Assembly: GCA_044222185.1 (NCBI GenBank)
Contig: JBGANV010000004.1
Span: forward strand, 128,001 to 192,000
DNA: 64,000 nt
From: Planctomycetota bacterium
GTDB lineage: Bacteria; Planctomycetota; GCA-002687715; CAIWVZ01
Reading direction: 5' to 3'
The translations under genes were made by a program, and so were the position numbers. Numbering within the stretch: the first letter of the stretch is position 1; each line of letters starts with the position of its first letter. Under the pieces are notes generated by a model. That model was not told where the DNA came from. It worked only from the letters and a program-made list of their open reading frames with translations, and ran no database searches. This document shows positions 38,948-48,222 of this stretch, piece after piece.

Positions 38948-41424
38948 GCGACGTCATCTTCCTCTCGCCAGCCTGGCTGTGGCTGCTGCTCGGGACGCCC
39001 CTGTTCTTCGTCAACCTGCGGCGAAGCGCGCCACGGCTTCATCCACTTTGGCGGGCGTTCGCCGTCGCGTGCCTCGTGCTCGGACTCGCCCGGCCGGGTC
39101 TGTGGACGGCCGACGAGCATGCGCGCGTCGTATACGTCATGGACGGGTCCGCGAGCGTCGCGCCCGACGAGCTTCGAAGCGCGGTCGCGGCCATCGACGA
39201 TGCCGTCGAGCGGGCGCCATCATCAGTCGACCCGTCGATCGTGATGGTGCACGCCCGCGTGTTCCGATCGTCGCGGGCACGCGTCCGCGGGATCGTCGAG
39301 CGCAGCGGCGACTCTCCGCTGGGCGCGGCCCTCTCCGCCGGGCTTCGGTCGATTCCCGATGGCAGCAAGGGCTCGCTGGTGTTCGTGACGGACGGACTGG
39401 CGACGGATCGGCGCTTCGGCGACGCGATCGCGGAGGCCCAGGAGCGCGGGATCCCCGTTCACGTCACGCCGCTGCGGGCTCCCCGGCCGGAGCCGTCGAC
39501 CGTCGCCATCTCCACGAGCGACACGCTGCGCGTGGGACACGAGTCACGGATCTACGTCGACGTCGCGGCCGACGGAGCAGACGCTACGGTCACGCTCGCG
39601 GGGCCCGGCGGCGACGTGGGCCGTCAGTCGGGTCGCGTCGAGGGCCGGCGGCGTTTCGAGTTCGCGTTCGAACCGCGCCAGGCCGGGTTCGCGACGATGA
39701 CGGCGACCCAGGGTCCCCGGGGCATCGATCGGCCGTACACGCGCACGTTCGCGGTTCAGCCGGCGTTGCGCGCGTTGTACCTGGGCGGGCGCATGGTGGG
39801 CGGTCGGGATCGGCTGGCGCAACTCGTCGGTCGAGGGATCGACTTCGAGTCCCTGCCGGCCCAGGAAGGCGCCGCCCTTCCCGACTTCTCGCGATACGAC
39901 CTCGTCGTCCTCGACGACGCGCCGAAACCCACGGACCCGATCACGCAGGCCATCACGCGCGCCGTGCGCGAAGACGGCCTGGGGCTCTTCGCCTGCGGAG
40001 GCGAGGCGGCCTTTGGTCCTGGCGGATGGCACGAGACTCCGCTGGCCGACGTCCTTCCCGTCACCGCACGACAGAAGGAAGAGAAGCGGGACCCGAGCTC
40101 GGCGCTCGTCGTCATCATCGATACGTCCGGCTCCATGGGCGGCGAGCGCATCCAACTCGCCAAGGAGACGGCGCGGCTCGCGATCAATCGCCTGCTGCCG
40201 CACGACAAGGTCGGCATCGTCGAGTTCTACGGAACCAAGCACTGGGCCGCGCCACTCCAACCCGCGTCGAACGCCATCGACATCCAACGCGCACTCAACC
40301 GGCTCGACGCTGGCGGCGGCACCGTGATCCTGCCGGCGATCGAGGAGGCGTTCTACGGGCTGCAGAACGTGCAGGCTCGCTACAAGCACGTTCTCGTGCT
40401 CACCGACGGCGGCGTCGAGAACGGAGCGTTCGAACCGCTCCTTCGGCACATGGCCGACGACGGCATCACCACGTCGACCGTGTTGATCGGCCCCGAGGCG
40501 CACAGCGAGTTCCTCGTCAACCTCGCGAACTGGGGCAAGGGCCGGTTCTACGCCGTGCCGGACAGATTCAACCTTCCCGAGATCCTGCTCAAGCAACCCA
40601 AGAGTTCGCGGCTCCCCGCGTACAAGCCCGGAACCTTCGCCGTGTCGACGCGAGGCGGCGCCGGCTGGTGGGGGGAAGTCGATCGCACGACGATCCCGCC
40701 TCTCGCCGGCTTCGTGGAGACCCAGCTCCGACCTGGCGCCGAGGTTCTCGCCGAGGTTCGAGGTTCGCGCGAGCCGATCCTCTCCACGTGGAACGTCGGT
40801 CTCGGTCGCGTGACGGCATTCACGTCGGAGCCCGTGGGCCGCGGAACGGAGCCCTGGAACGAGTGGGCAGGGTTCGGGCCCTGGCTCGCGCGCGTCCTCA
40901 CCCGTACTGCCGACGATGGGCGCCGGCCGTTTTCAGCCGAACTCGTACGCGACGGGGACGCCGTCACCTTGACCGTGCGGCGACGGCGTCCCGGGAACGA
41001 GCGCCCGCGCGCGGTCCGCGTCGATGCGTCGGTCGCGGATCCAGCCGCGGCGCTCCCGCTGCAGGTGCGGTCACCCGACGTCTTTCAGTGCACGTTCGCG
41101 TGCGAATCGACGCACGACGTGCGCGTCGCCGTGAGCGTGGACGGTGCGACGGCCGACCCGGTGGCGTTCGCGGCTTCCGATCACCAGTCCGACGTCGCCG
41201 CCGAGTCGGAGGTCGACCCGGCCGACGCCATCGACCTTCCAGCCGTCGCGCGCGCGACGGGCGGCGACGTCATTACCCTCGACGCGCTGGCCGCGGCGAA
41301 CCCGCGGTCCGGCGGCGACGGCCGTCCGAGCCGCCTCCTCGACCTGACACCGTTTTGCTTCCTTCTCGCGCTCGCGACCTACGTCTTCGAGATCTTCCAT
41401 CGCCGGCGCGACCGGCGCGCCTGA
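38944..41424 (+). CDS. VWA domain membrane protein with a glutamine-amidotransferase-like domain
   Basis: MIDAS motifs DGSAS and DTSGSM; LTDG; GGEAAFGPGGW; GLGRVTAFTS; C-terminal transmembrane segment. Confidence 0.9.
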   Translation: MSDVIFLSPAWLWLLLGTPLFFVNLRRSAPRLHPLWRAFAVACLVLGLARPGLWTADEHARVVYVMDGSASVAPDELRSAVAAIDDAVERAPSSVDPSIVMVHARVFRSSRARVRGIVERSGDSPLGAALSAGLRSIPDGSKGSLVFVTDGLATDRRFGDAIAEAQERGIPVHVTPLRAPRPEPSTVAISTSDTLRVGHESRIYVDVAADGADATVTLAGPGGDVGRQSGRVEGRRRFEFAFEPRQAGFATMTATQGPRGIDRPYTRTFAVQPALRALYLGGRMVGGRDRLAQLVGRGIDFESLPAQEGAALPDFSRYDLVVLDDAPKPTDPITQAITRAVREDGLGLFACGGEAAFGPGGWHETPLADVLPVTARQKEEKRDPSSALVVIIDTSGSMGGERIQLAKETARLAINRLLPHDKVGIVEFYGTKHWAAPLQPASNAIDIQRALNRLDAGGGTVILPAIEEAFYGLQNVQARYKHVLVLTDGGVENGAFEPLLRHMADDGITTSTVLIGPEAHSEFLVNLANWGKGRFYAVPDRFNLPEILLKQPKSSRLPAYKPGTFAVSTRGGAGWWGEVDRTTIPPLAGFVETQLRPGAEVLAEVRGSREPILSTWNVGLGRVTAFTSEPVGRGTEPWNEWAGFGPWLARVLTRTADDGRRPFSAELVRDGDAVTLTVRRRRPGNERPRAVRVDASVADPAAALPLQVRSPDVFQCTFACESTHDVRVAVSVDGATADPVAFAASDHQSDVAAESEVDPADAIDLPAVARATGGDVITLDALAAANPRSGGDGRPSRLLDLTPFCFLLALATYVFEIFHRRRDRRA

Positions 41425-41436
41425 GAGCAGCTCCTC

Positions 41437-44400
41437 ATGACACTTCGATCGCACGGGTTCGTCGCTTGGACTCTCGCGGGGATCGTCGCCACAGGCTGTC
41501 TCGGGCAGGAAGACACTCGGCCCACGGTGCTCCCCGAGGGTGTGCGCCTGGCCATGGATCGCGCGCTCGCGGATCGCACGGCGGGCCAGTCGCAGTGGGA
41601 AGACGTGGTGACGAAGTGCCTGGGAGGACTCGGCGACGCGTCACTGCTCGTGCACGAACTCGAGTCCGCGGCGGAGGCATCCGACTCTGCGAGGTCGTTC
41701 GCAGCACACCGGGGCCTCGTGTGCGTCCTCAAGCGCGAGGGACGTCTCCAGGACGCGCTGCGGCACGCGGACCGCGCGCTCGCGCTCGTTCCGGATCCTG
41801 CGCTCGAGCTGGATCGCGCGCACCTCCTGGATGCCACCGGCGATGCCGAAAAGGCGCTCGCGGCGTACGACAAGCTCCTCGCGTCGGCGAAGGATCGCGA
41901 GACGCTGGAACACGTGGGGATTCGCCGCGCGCTGTTGAAGGCCTCGATGTCGCCGCCGGTTGCGCCGGACTCACGCCCAACGAAGGACGAGCCTTCCGAG
42001 TTCTTCACCTTCGCATCGCAGCCGGGACGCGACGAGGAGTTTCGCAACCGCGCGGCCGTCGTCCTTGCGATGCTCGGCCGACCGAAGGAGGCCATCCAGC
42101 TGTACACGGCTCACGGCGACGGCCGCGACCGATTCCGTCAAGAGGTGCGGCTTGCCGAATGGAGCCTCGCCGCGAAGGCAGCGGCCGACGCGCAGGTTCA
42201 CGCGTGGAACGCCTACGAATCCGCCACGGTGAAGCGGGACCGTCTCTTCGCGCTCACGATCCTCGTGGAGTCTCACCGCGCCGACAAGTCGCTCCCCAAG
42301 CTCATCGACCGGTTCGCCGCCAAGACCACGATCGACGCGGAGGCGCGCCAGACGTGGATCGACCTCCTGCGCGAAACGTCGCGCGTGGACGAGGCCATGC
42401 GGCTGTTCCGCGCGTCCGCCGACGGAGCGTCGTTCACGCCCGACATGCGGCGCCAGCTTCTCGAGATGTGCCGCGAGGCCGGACGCGAGACGGAGCTCGT
42501 CGCCACCTATCGCCAGCTCATCACGGACGAGCCCGAGCGGATCGAGTGGCGTGAGGGGCTGTCGCGGTACCTCCTCGAGCGCGGCGACCGAGACGGCGCG
42601 CGCAGCATCTGGAAGGACTACGTCGCCAGGTTCACGGACATCGCGCACCGGATGGAGGCGGCCCGGACGGCGCGCATGCTCGGCCTCGAGGACGTCGCGC
42701 GCGCGACGGTCGAGACGTGTCTCGCGGCCGACGCGTTCCACGCGGGAGAAGCGCGGCTCTTCCTCGCGGAGATGGAGCAGAAGGGCGGTCACGCCGAGAA
42801 GGCTCTCGCGCAGCTCGACCTCCTCGACAAGGAGGCACCGGCCGATTCTCCCGAACGCGTGCGACTGGCCGAGGCCCTCGAGCGCGTTGGGGAGAAGAAG
42901 CGCGCGGCGGACGTCCTGAAGGCCCTTTGCGACCGGCGCGGCGGCGATCAGGCTGAAGAGGATCTGGAGATGCGGCTCGCGTGGCTGCTCTCGGAGACCG
43001 GCGACGAGAAGGCGGCGCTCGATCGCTGGAAGAACTTGTGGCGACGCGTCCAATCCGTGCCGCGGCGCCGCCAGGTCGAGGATCGCCTGATGGCGACGGC
43101 GTCCCGGCTGGGAGTGCTCGGCGACATCGCCGTCGAGCTCGAGGAGAAACTCGTGAACGGGACCGCGGATGATCGCGAGTCCGGCCTCCTCACGCGGCTC
43201 TACGGCAAGGTCGGCGATGCCGTGTCGGCCGCGGAAGTCGTCGAAGAGCACCTCAAGCGGAAAGGAAAGGACGAGATCGCGGTCCTCGAGGAGAAGGCCC
43301 AGGTCTATCTTGCGGGCAAGGACTACTACCGGTTCGAGAAGTCGGTCAAGCGGCTGATCGAAGTCGACGTGGACCGCCGCGGCGATCACATGCGCCGGCT
43401 CGCCATGAGCAACCTCGAACGCGGCCGCCCCGCTGAGGCGAAGGCCGTGCTCGACTCGCTCGCGCAGGAAGAGGGCGCCGCGGATGCCGCCGAGTTCGAG
43501 GCCGGCGCGTTGTCGCTGTCGGGATTGAAGGACGACGCCGTTCGCGCCTATCGCCGTGGTCTCGCACTGCGGCCCGAGCGGATCGACGGCTGGCTGCTGC
43601 TCGCCAACGTCATGCGAGACCTCGGGGAGGCGCGCGCGGCGACGGGCATGTTCCAGCACCTGGCCGAGACGGCGGACAAGGACGATCTCTTCACGATCGC
43701 CATCGACGGCGTGCTCAACATGCGGGCCGACGCGACGGTGATGAAGTGGGCGCGCCGCGTGACGCTCGAGCGCCTCGCGCGCAAGCACGATCGCATGTAC
43801 CTGTTCCAGCTCTATGCAGACCTCTCGGACGAAGTGAAGGACACCGCTGGCGGCGCTCGCGCACTCGAGAACGCGCTGCCCGTCGCCGGTGAGCAGCGCG
43901 GCGCGCTCCTTCGCGAGCTGATGGACTCGACCAAGGGCCGTGAGACGGGCGGCTACATCATCGTCAACGGCATGCTCCAGCCCATGCGGAAGAAGGGTGG
44001 CGAGGAGCGGATGCTGGCCTACGGCCGGCGCCTCATCGGCCTCGGCGACGTGCTTCCGCCCCAGGTGTTCCTGGAACTGGGGCAGTCGTTCCTCGGCCTG
44101 AAGGACGTCGTGAGTGCGTCGAAGACCTTCGATCGGGCGCGCGACGTCACCGACTTCGGCGCCTTTCGACGGCAGGTGGCGAGCACCTTCGAGCAGGCAG
44201 GTTATGCCAAGGCCGCGTTGTCGGAGTACGAGCGCGTGATGGCCAGCGAGGCGCAGTCGCCCGCGCTCCTCGTGAAGACCGGCGAGCTGAACGAGACGCT
44301 CGGCAAGGACGAGCGGGCGGCGGAGCTTTATGCGGAGGGCCTTCGACTCCTCCTCGCCGGGCACCCGTTGTTCGGCGACGCCGTCCCGAAGAAGGACAAG

Positions 44401-47400
44401 GAGCAGGAGGACGACTCCGACGAATGGGCAGCGCGGAACCTCAACGACTTCCAGCAGTACTTCTCCCGGCTTCGGGAGGGCTTCTTGTGCGCGGCGGCGG
44501 ATGCGCGGATCGACCGCCTGATCGATGACGAGCGCGCGCTCCTCGACGCCGACCTGAAGGCTCTCGACGCGAAACCCGTCAGCGGCGACGAGGTCCGGAC
44601 ACTGAAGAGTTGTCCACGTGTCGAGCATCGTTCTGGGTTGTTGCGGACCGCGCTGCTCACGCGCGGACGGATCGCCGATGCGGAGGCGATCGACCTCGCC
44701 GTCCTCGCCCGGTTCCCGAAGGACGAGGACGCGGTTACGGCGATCCTGGATCCGCGCAAGACGCGTGGCTTGCGTGACGGCATCCGGCGATTTCTCGAGA
44801 GGTCGCCCCTGGAGGGCGAGGCCCGGGAGAAGGCCGCTGCGCGATACGGCGTTGCGGCAGTTGGAAAGGACGAGGGACAACTGGGGCTGCGGGACGTCGT
44901 CTCGAGGCTCGGTCCCATGGTGATCTCGGGCGACACGTCGCGCGCGGCGCCGTTGATCCGAAGCCTGGGGCCCGTGGTGGCGACGAAGGACGACCTTCCA
45001 TACCTGGAGCTGCTCACCTCGGTTGCCGTTCACCTGGGAGATGAGACTGCCGTTCTCCAGACGGCTCGGACGGCTCTCCTTGGATTCATGAAGCTCTCGA
45101 AGAGCTGGGAGGATCGCAACCGCGCCATGAATCTCATCGAGTCGGCGCGGCGTGTTCTCTCGAAGGAGAACTTCGACGCGCTCATCGATCAGTGCGTCGC
45201 CATCGTGTCGAACGACGACAAGCTGATGCGGGACCTCGACTACTTCCTCGTCGAGCTGCAGGAGAAGGCGAAGCGTCCGCTCTTCAGCACGGACGTGATC
45301 AAGAAGCGGATCGAGGCTTCCTTGGCGCAGAACCCGTGGATGCTCAACACGCTCGCCAGTCTCGCGCCACCGGAGTCGAGGGTTGCTCTGTTGCGGCAGT
45401 ACCTTCCGAAGGTGCCCCAGTCCGAGCAGGCGATGATCGTCCGGCAGCTCTTCTACATGGACGAGGAGGGCGACGGACCCGCCAAGGATGTTCTCGAATT
45501 CGCCACGGAGTTCATCGAGGACGATCGATCGAACACTGATCCGAACGAAACTCGATATCTCCTGTCCGAGCTGCTCGACATGGACATGCTCGCGCCGGCC
45601 GTCGTCCTCCGCGTCATCACCAAGCTTGCGGCGAAGTCGGCGAGCGACCCTGGCATTGGGATGATCCTGGCGGCTGCGCGCGTTCGTGCCGGCGACCAGG
45701 ATGGCGCGATCGCTGCGATCAAGGCGTGCGCCGGAACGAAGGTCGAGCGCAACATGCGCTGGACGGTGACGAGCGGGATCGAATCCATCGCGACGACGAT
45801 CCGGGCGAAGGACCGCGCCGCGTTCATCGCGGCGCTGGAGAAGATCCGAACCCAGGAGACGGCAGATCTCGTCGGGCAGATCGAGACGGAGCTCGTGAGC
45901 CGGATCCAGGACCCGTCGGAGCGGGCGCGCGTCATGGACGAGTTCGCCAAGATCGATCCCAATCGCGTCGAGGTCGTCGAGTTCCGCTCGCGTGACGTGT
46001 ACGAGCGGGGAGACGCGCGCGCGATCCTCCGCGTCCACGAAGAACTGCTCGGCCTCGACAAGGACAAGGCTCGCCAGCAGCGCTCGTTACAGGGGTTCTG
46101 GTCCGGCCGACGCAATCCGATCCGGGCCGAGGCCGCGAAGACCGCCGCCGACCAGGGCGGGGATGCCGCGAATGCCGACGACTTCACGGTCGGCATCACG
46201 GCCGATGCCGCCGCCGACGATCAGGTCGATGGTCCCATGCTCCCCGGCACGAGCACGAAGACGATCGAGAAGGCCGTCGAACAGAAGCGGGAGGATCTGG
46301 CGCGTGCCATGTACCGCCGGTCGTGGCGTGGGCTCGGGTTCGGTGGCGACGGAGCCGGGCGCGTCTTCTACTCGCGGAGGTATGGCGGGTGGGGCGGTCG
46401 GGCGTCGACTCCCTTCAAGGGCGGTCTCGACCCCTATCTTCGCGATGACGACAAGCCTGAGTCCCGACCGGCGACGCTGGACGAGGTCATCCTGGATCGG
46501 CCGTGGGGTCGCGAGGAGATCTCCCGCCGCCTGCGGGCGCAATCGGAAGACGTTGGGTCGGACAAGGACCTGATGCGCGTGGCATATCAGGCGGAGACGC
46601 GCCCGAGCGGGGCTGCCGATGCCGTTCGGCGTTGGAATGAGCGTCGTCGCTCGGGTGAAGCCGGCGTTCTGGAGTCGCGCCTCATCCTCGAGGATTTCGA
46701 CGTCCGGCCCGAGTCGACGTCGGCGGAAGGTCGAGCGCTGTTCGAGGACGTCGCGGCGGCGGTCGATCCGCTGGATGCCAACCAGCTCCGCATCGTGGCT
46801 CGCATCCGCGCCCGCCTCGGCGACGAGACCCGGACGGCTCGGATCCTCGAATGGTGCGGGTCGATCAACAGTGGCTACGACCGGTACTCGTACTACGCTG
46901 ACGAATCGGACGCAGGCAGCCTGGTCGACGAAGCCATCCGCCTCCTCAAGGGCGACGCACTCGTCAAGACCGTCGACGCGCTGCTGAAGAAGACCGCGAC
47001 CGTCGAAGACGAATCGGAGCGGGATGGCGTGGGCGCCACCGCCATCGACACGTGGGAGAAGGTCGGCGGCCCCGAACTCGCACTGAAGAAGTGCGAGAGC
47101 CTCGTGCGCCGCGCGCAGTCCGACAAGCCCGTCCGACTTCGCAACCTCGCCATCCGGGCCGCGCGGCTGCTCGCGCATCTCGGCCGAACGGACGAGGCAC
47201 TCGCGCTCGCCGAGCTGGCGCTGTGCAATCCGCCCGCCGGCGACGCGCCGGAGTCGCGCCCGCACCTGCCGCGCAGGCTCCGCTGGCTCAGTCAGTCCAC
47301 GGGAATCAACGGCGACATCGCCACCGTGCTGCTCCAGGCCAAGCCCAAGGCGAAGGTCGATCTGACGTCGTTCTACCTGGCGTTCGTTGCCAAGGCCGAC

Positions 47401-47868
47401 GACTGGCAGAAGCGCCGCTACATCGAGGAGGGGACGGCGGATCGCTATCGCGCGGTGGCATTCGTGCGGCTCGTGAAGGCCGGCAAGGTGGAGGAGGCCC
47501 GTGCGACGATCGCACCGCTGACGGCGAAGGCGGCGGCGTCCAATCACGCCGCCCACGTCGCCATCGACGCCGCGCGCCTTCTCGGCGACGAAGCCGGCGC
47601 GCGCAGGCTCGAGGACGAACTGCTCCAGTCTCATCGGCTGTACGTGACGCGGATCTGCGACGTCCTGAAGCGGGTTCGGACGATGGACGGAGATGAAGCG
47701 ACCCTCGCACGAGCGGAAGACATCGCGACGACCACGCTCCACCCGGACCTCGTGGCGTTGCTGATCGACCTCTCCGACAAGCTGAAGAAGCCCGACCGTC
47801 TCGAGCACTGGAAGGCGACGAAAGTCGCAGCGGAGGCCGCTGCGAAACGCCTGAACATGACGTGGTGA
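41437..47868 (+). CDS. Giant (2143 aa) secreted TPR/helical-repeat protein
   Basis: Signal peptide; extensive Ala/Leu/Glu/Arg-rich TPR-like helices; high GC at third codon positions. Confidence 0.9.
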   Translation: MTLRSHGFVAWTLAGIVATGCLGQEDTRPTVLPEGVRLAMDRALADRTAGQSQWEDVVTKCLGGLGDASLLVHELESAAEASDSARSFAAHRGLVCVLKREGRLQDALRHADRALALVPDPALELDRAHLLDATGDAEKALAAYDKLLASAKDRETLEHVGIRRALLKASMSPPVAPDSRPTKDEPSEFFTFASQPGRDEEFRNRAAVVLAMLGRPKEAIQLYTAHGDGRDRFRQEVRLAEWSLAAKAAADAQVHAWNAYESATVKRDRLFALTILVESHRADKSLPKLIDRFAAKTTIDAEARQTWIDLLRETSRVDEAMRLFRASADGASFTPDMRRQLLEMCREAGRETELVATYRQLITDEPERIEWREGLSRYLLERGDRDGARSIWKDYVARFTDIAHRMEAARTARMLGLEDVARATVETCLAADAFHAGEARLFLAEMEQKGGHAEKALAQLDLLDKEAPADSPERVRLAEALERVGEKKRAADVLKALCDRRGGDQAEEDLEMRLAWLLSETGDEKAALDRWKNLWRRVQSVPRRRQVEDRLMATASRLGVLGDIAVELEEKLVNGTADDRESGLLTRLYGKVGDAVSAAEVVEEHLKRKGKDEIAVLEEKAQVYLAGKDYYRFEKSVKRLIEVDVDRRGDHMRRLAMSNLERGRPAEAKAVLDSLAQEEGAADAAEFEAGALSLSGLKDDAVRAYRRGLALRPERIDGWLLLANVMRDLGEARAATGMFQHLAETADKDDLFTIAIDGVLNMRADATVMKWARRVTLERLARKHDRMYLFQLYADLSDEVKDTAGGARALENALPVAGEQRGALLRELMDSTKGRETGGYIIVNGMLQPMRKKGGEERMLAYGRRLIGLGDVLPPQVFLELGQSFLGLKDVVSASKTFDRARDVTDFGAFRRQVASTFEQAGYAKAALSEYERVMASEAQSPALLVKTGELNETLGKDERAAELYAEGLRLLLAGHPLFGDAVPKKDKEQEDDSDEWAARNLNDFQQYFSRLREGFLCAAADARIDRLIDDERALLDADLKALDAKPVSGDEVRTLKSCPRVEHRSGLLRTALLTRGRIADAEAIDLAVLARFPKDEDAVTAILDPRKTRGLRDGIRRFLERSPLEGEAREKAAARYGVAAVGKDEGQLGLRDVVSRLGPMVISGDTSRAAPLIRSLGPVVATKDDLPYLELLTSVAVHLGDETAVLQTARTALLGFMKLSKSWEDRNRAMNLIESARRVLSKENFDALIDQCVAIVSNDDKLMRDLDYFLVELQEKAKRPLFSTDVIKKRIEASLAQNPWMLNTLASLAPPESRVALLRQYLPKVPQSEQAMIVRQLFYMDEEGDGPAKDVLEFATEFIEDDRSNTDPNETRYLLSELLDMDMLAPAVVLRVITKLAAKSASDPGIGMILAAARVRAGDQDGAIAAIKACAGTKVERNMRWTVTSGIESIATTIRAKDRAAFIAALEKIRTQETADLVGQIETELVSRIQDPSERARVMDEFAKIDPNRVEVVEFRSRDVYERGDARAILRVHEELLGLDKDKARQQRSLQGFWSGRRNPIRAEAAKTAADQGGDAANADDFTVGITADAAADDQVDGPMLPGTSTKTIEKAVEQKREDLARAMYRRSWRGLGFGGDGAGRVFYSRRYGGWGGRASTPFKGGLDPYLRDDDKPESRPATLDEVILDRPWGREEISRRLRAQSEDVGSDKDLMRVAYQAETRPSGAADAVRRWNERRRSGEAGVLESRLILEDFDVRPESTSAEGRALFEDVAAAVDPLDANQLRIVARIRARLGDETRTARILEWCGSINSGYDRYSYYADESDAGSLVDEAIRLLKGDALVKTVDALLKKTATVEDESERDGVGATAIDTWEKVGGPELALKKCESLVRRAQSDKPVRLRNLAIRAARLLAHLGRTDEALALAELALCNPPAGDAPESRPHLPRRLRWLSQSTGINGDIATVLLQAKPKAKVDLTSFYLAFVAKADDWQKRRYIEEGTADRYRAVAFVRLVKAGKVEEARATIAPLTAKAAASNHAAHVAIDAARLLGDEAGARRLEDELLQSHRLYVTRICDVLKRVRTMDGDEATLARAEDIATTTLHPDLVALLIDLSDKLKKPDRLEHWKATKVAAEAAAKRLNMTW

Positions 47869-48222
47869 GCGCCGCGGCACCGTCGCGATGGTGCCAGCGC
47901 CCGTGACGTGGACCGCAGACGCGTTCGGGGGCCAGCTCGCGTCGGCGGTGTCGGACCTCGGGTCTACGGCACAGAGCCCAAAGAGCGGGCCCGTCCCCAG
48001 TCCGGTCGTGGGCGCCTCGGCGCTGGAGCGCGTTCGCGTGACCGCGCCCCGCGACCATGTGCGAGAACGCGATGTGTCCTTTCGATCCGCCGCCGCCCGA
48101 TGATCGACCCGCCCACCTGCGACGGCATGCGCGCCGACCTGTGACCGGTCTGCATGGGGCGTTGGACTGCCGCGATGCTGGATCGCTACACTCCTCACGC
48201 CCTTCGGAAGGAAACTCATCGC

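Noticed and set aside
41422-41439. VWA stop (TGA) is in frame with the giant TPR gene 12 nt later, suggesting read-through
   Set aside because: No Cys context or convincing SECIS; the VWA protein ends with a normal transmembrane segment and basic tail, and the TPR protein has its own signal peptide.
41971-46038. 1355-aa minus-strand ORF, and similar long antisense ORFs such as 2511-4595, 5981-7540, 8690-10384 and 22721-24661
   Set aside because: Shadow ORFs of high-GC genes; Arg/His-rich with no motifs, and the opposite strand carries the recognisable protein.
47869-48222. 350-bp gap in the MoxR cluster with several hairpins
   Set aside because: No recognisable riboswitch, repeat-family match or credible ORF; a covariance-model search would be needed.
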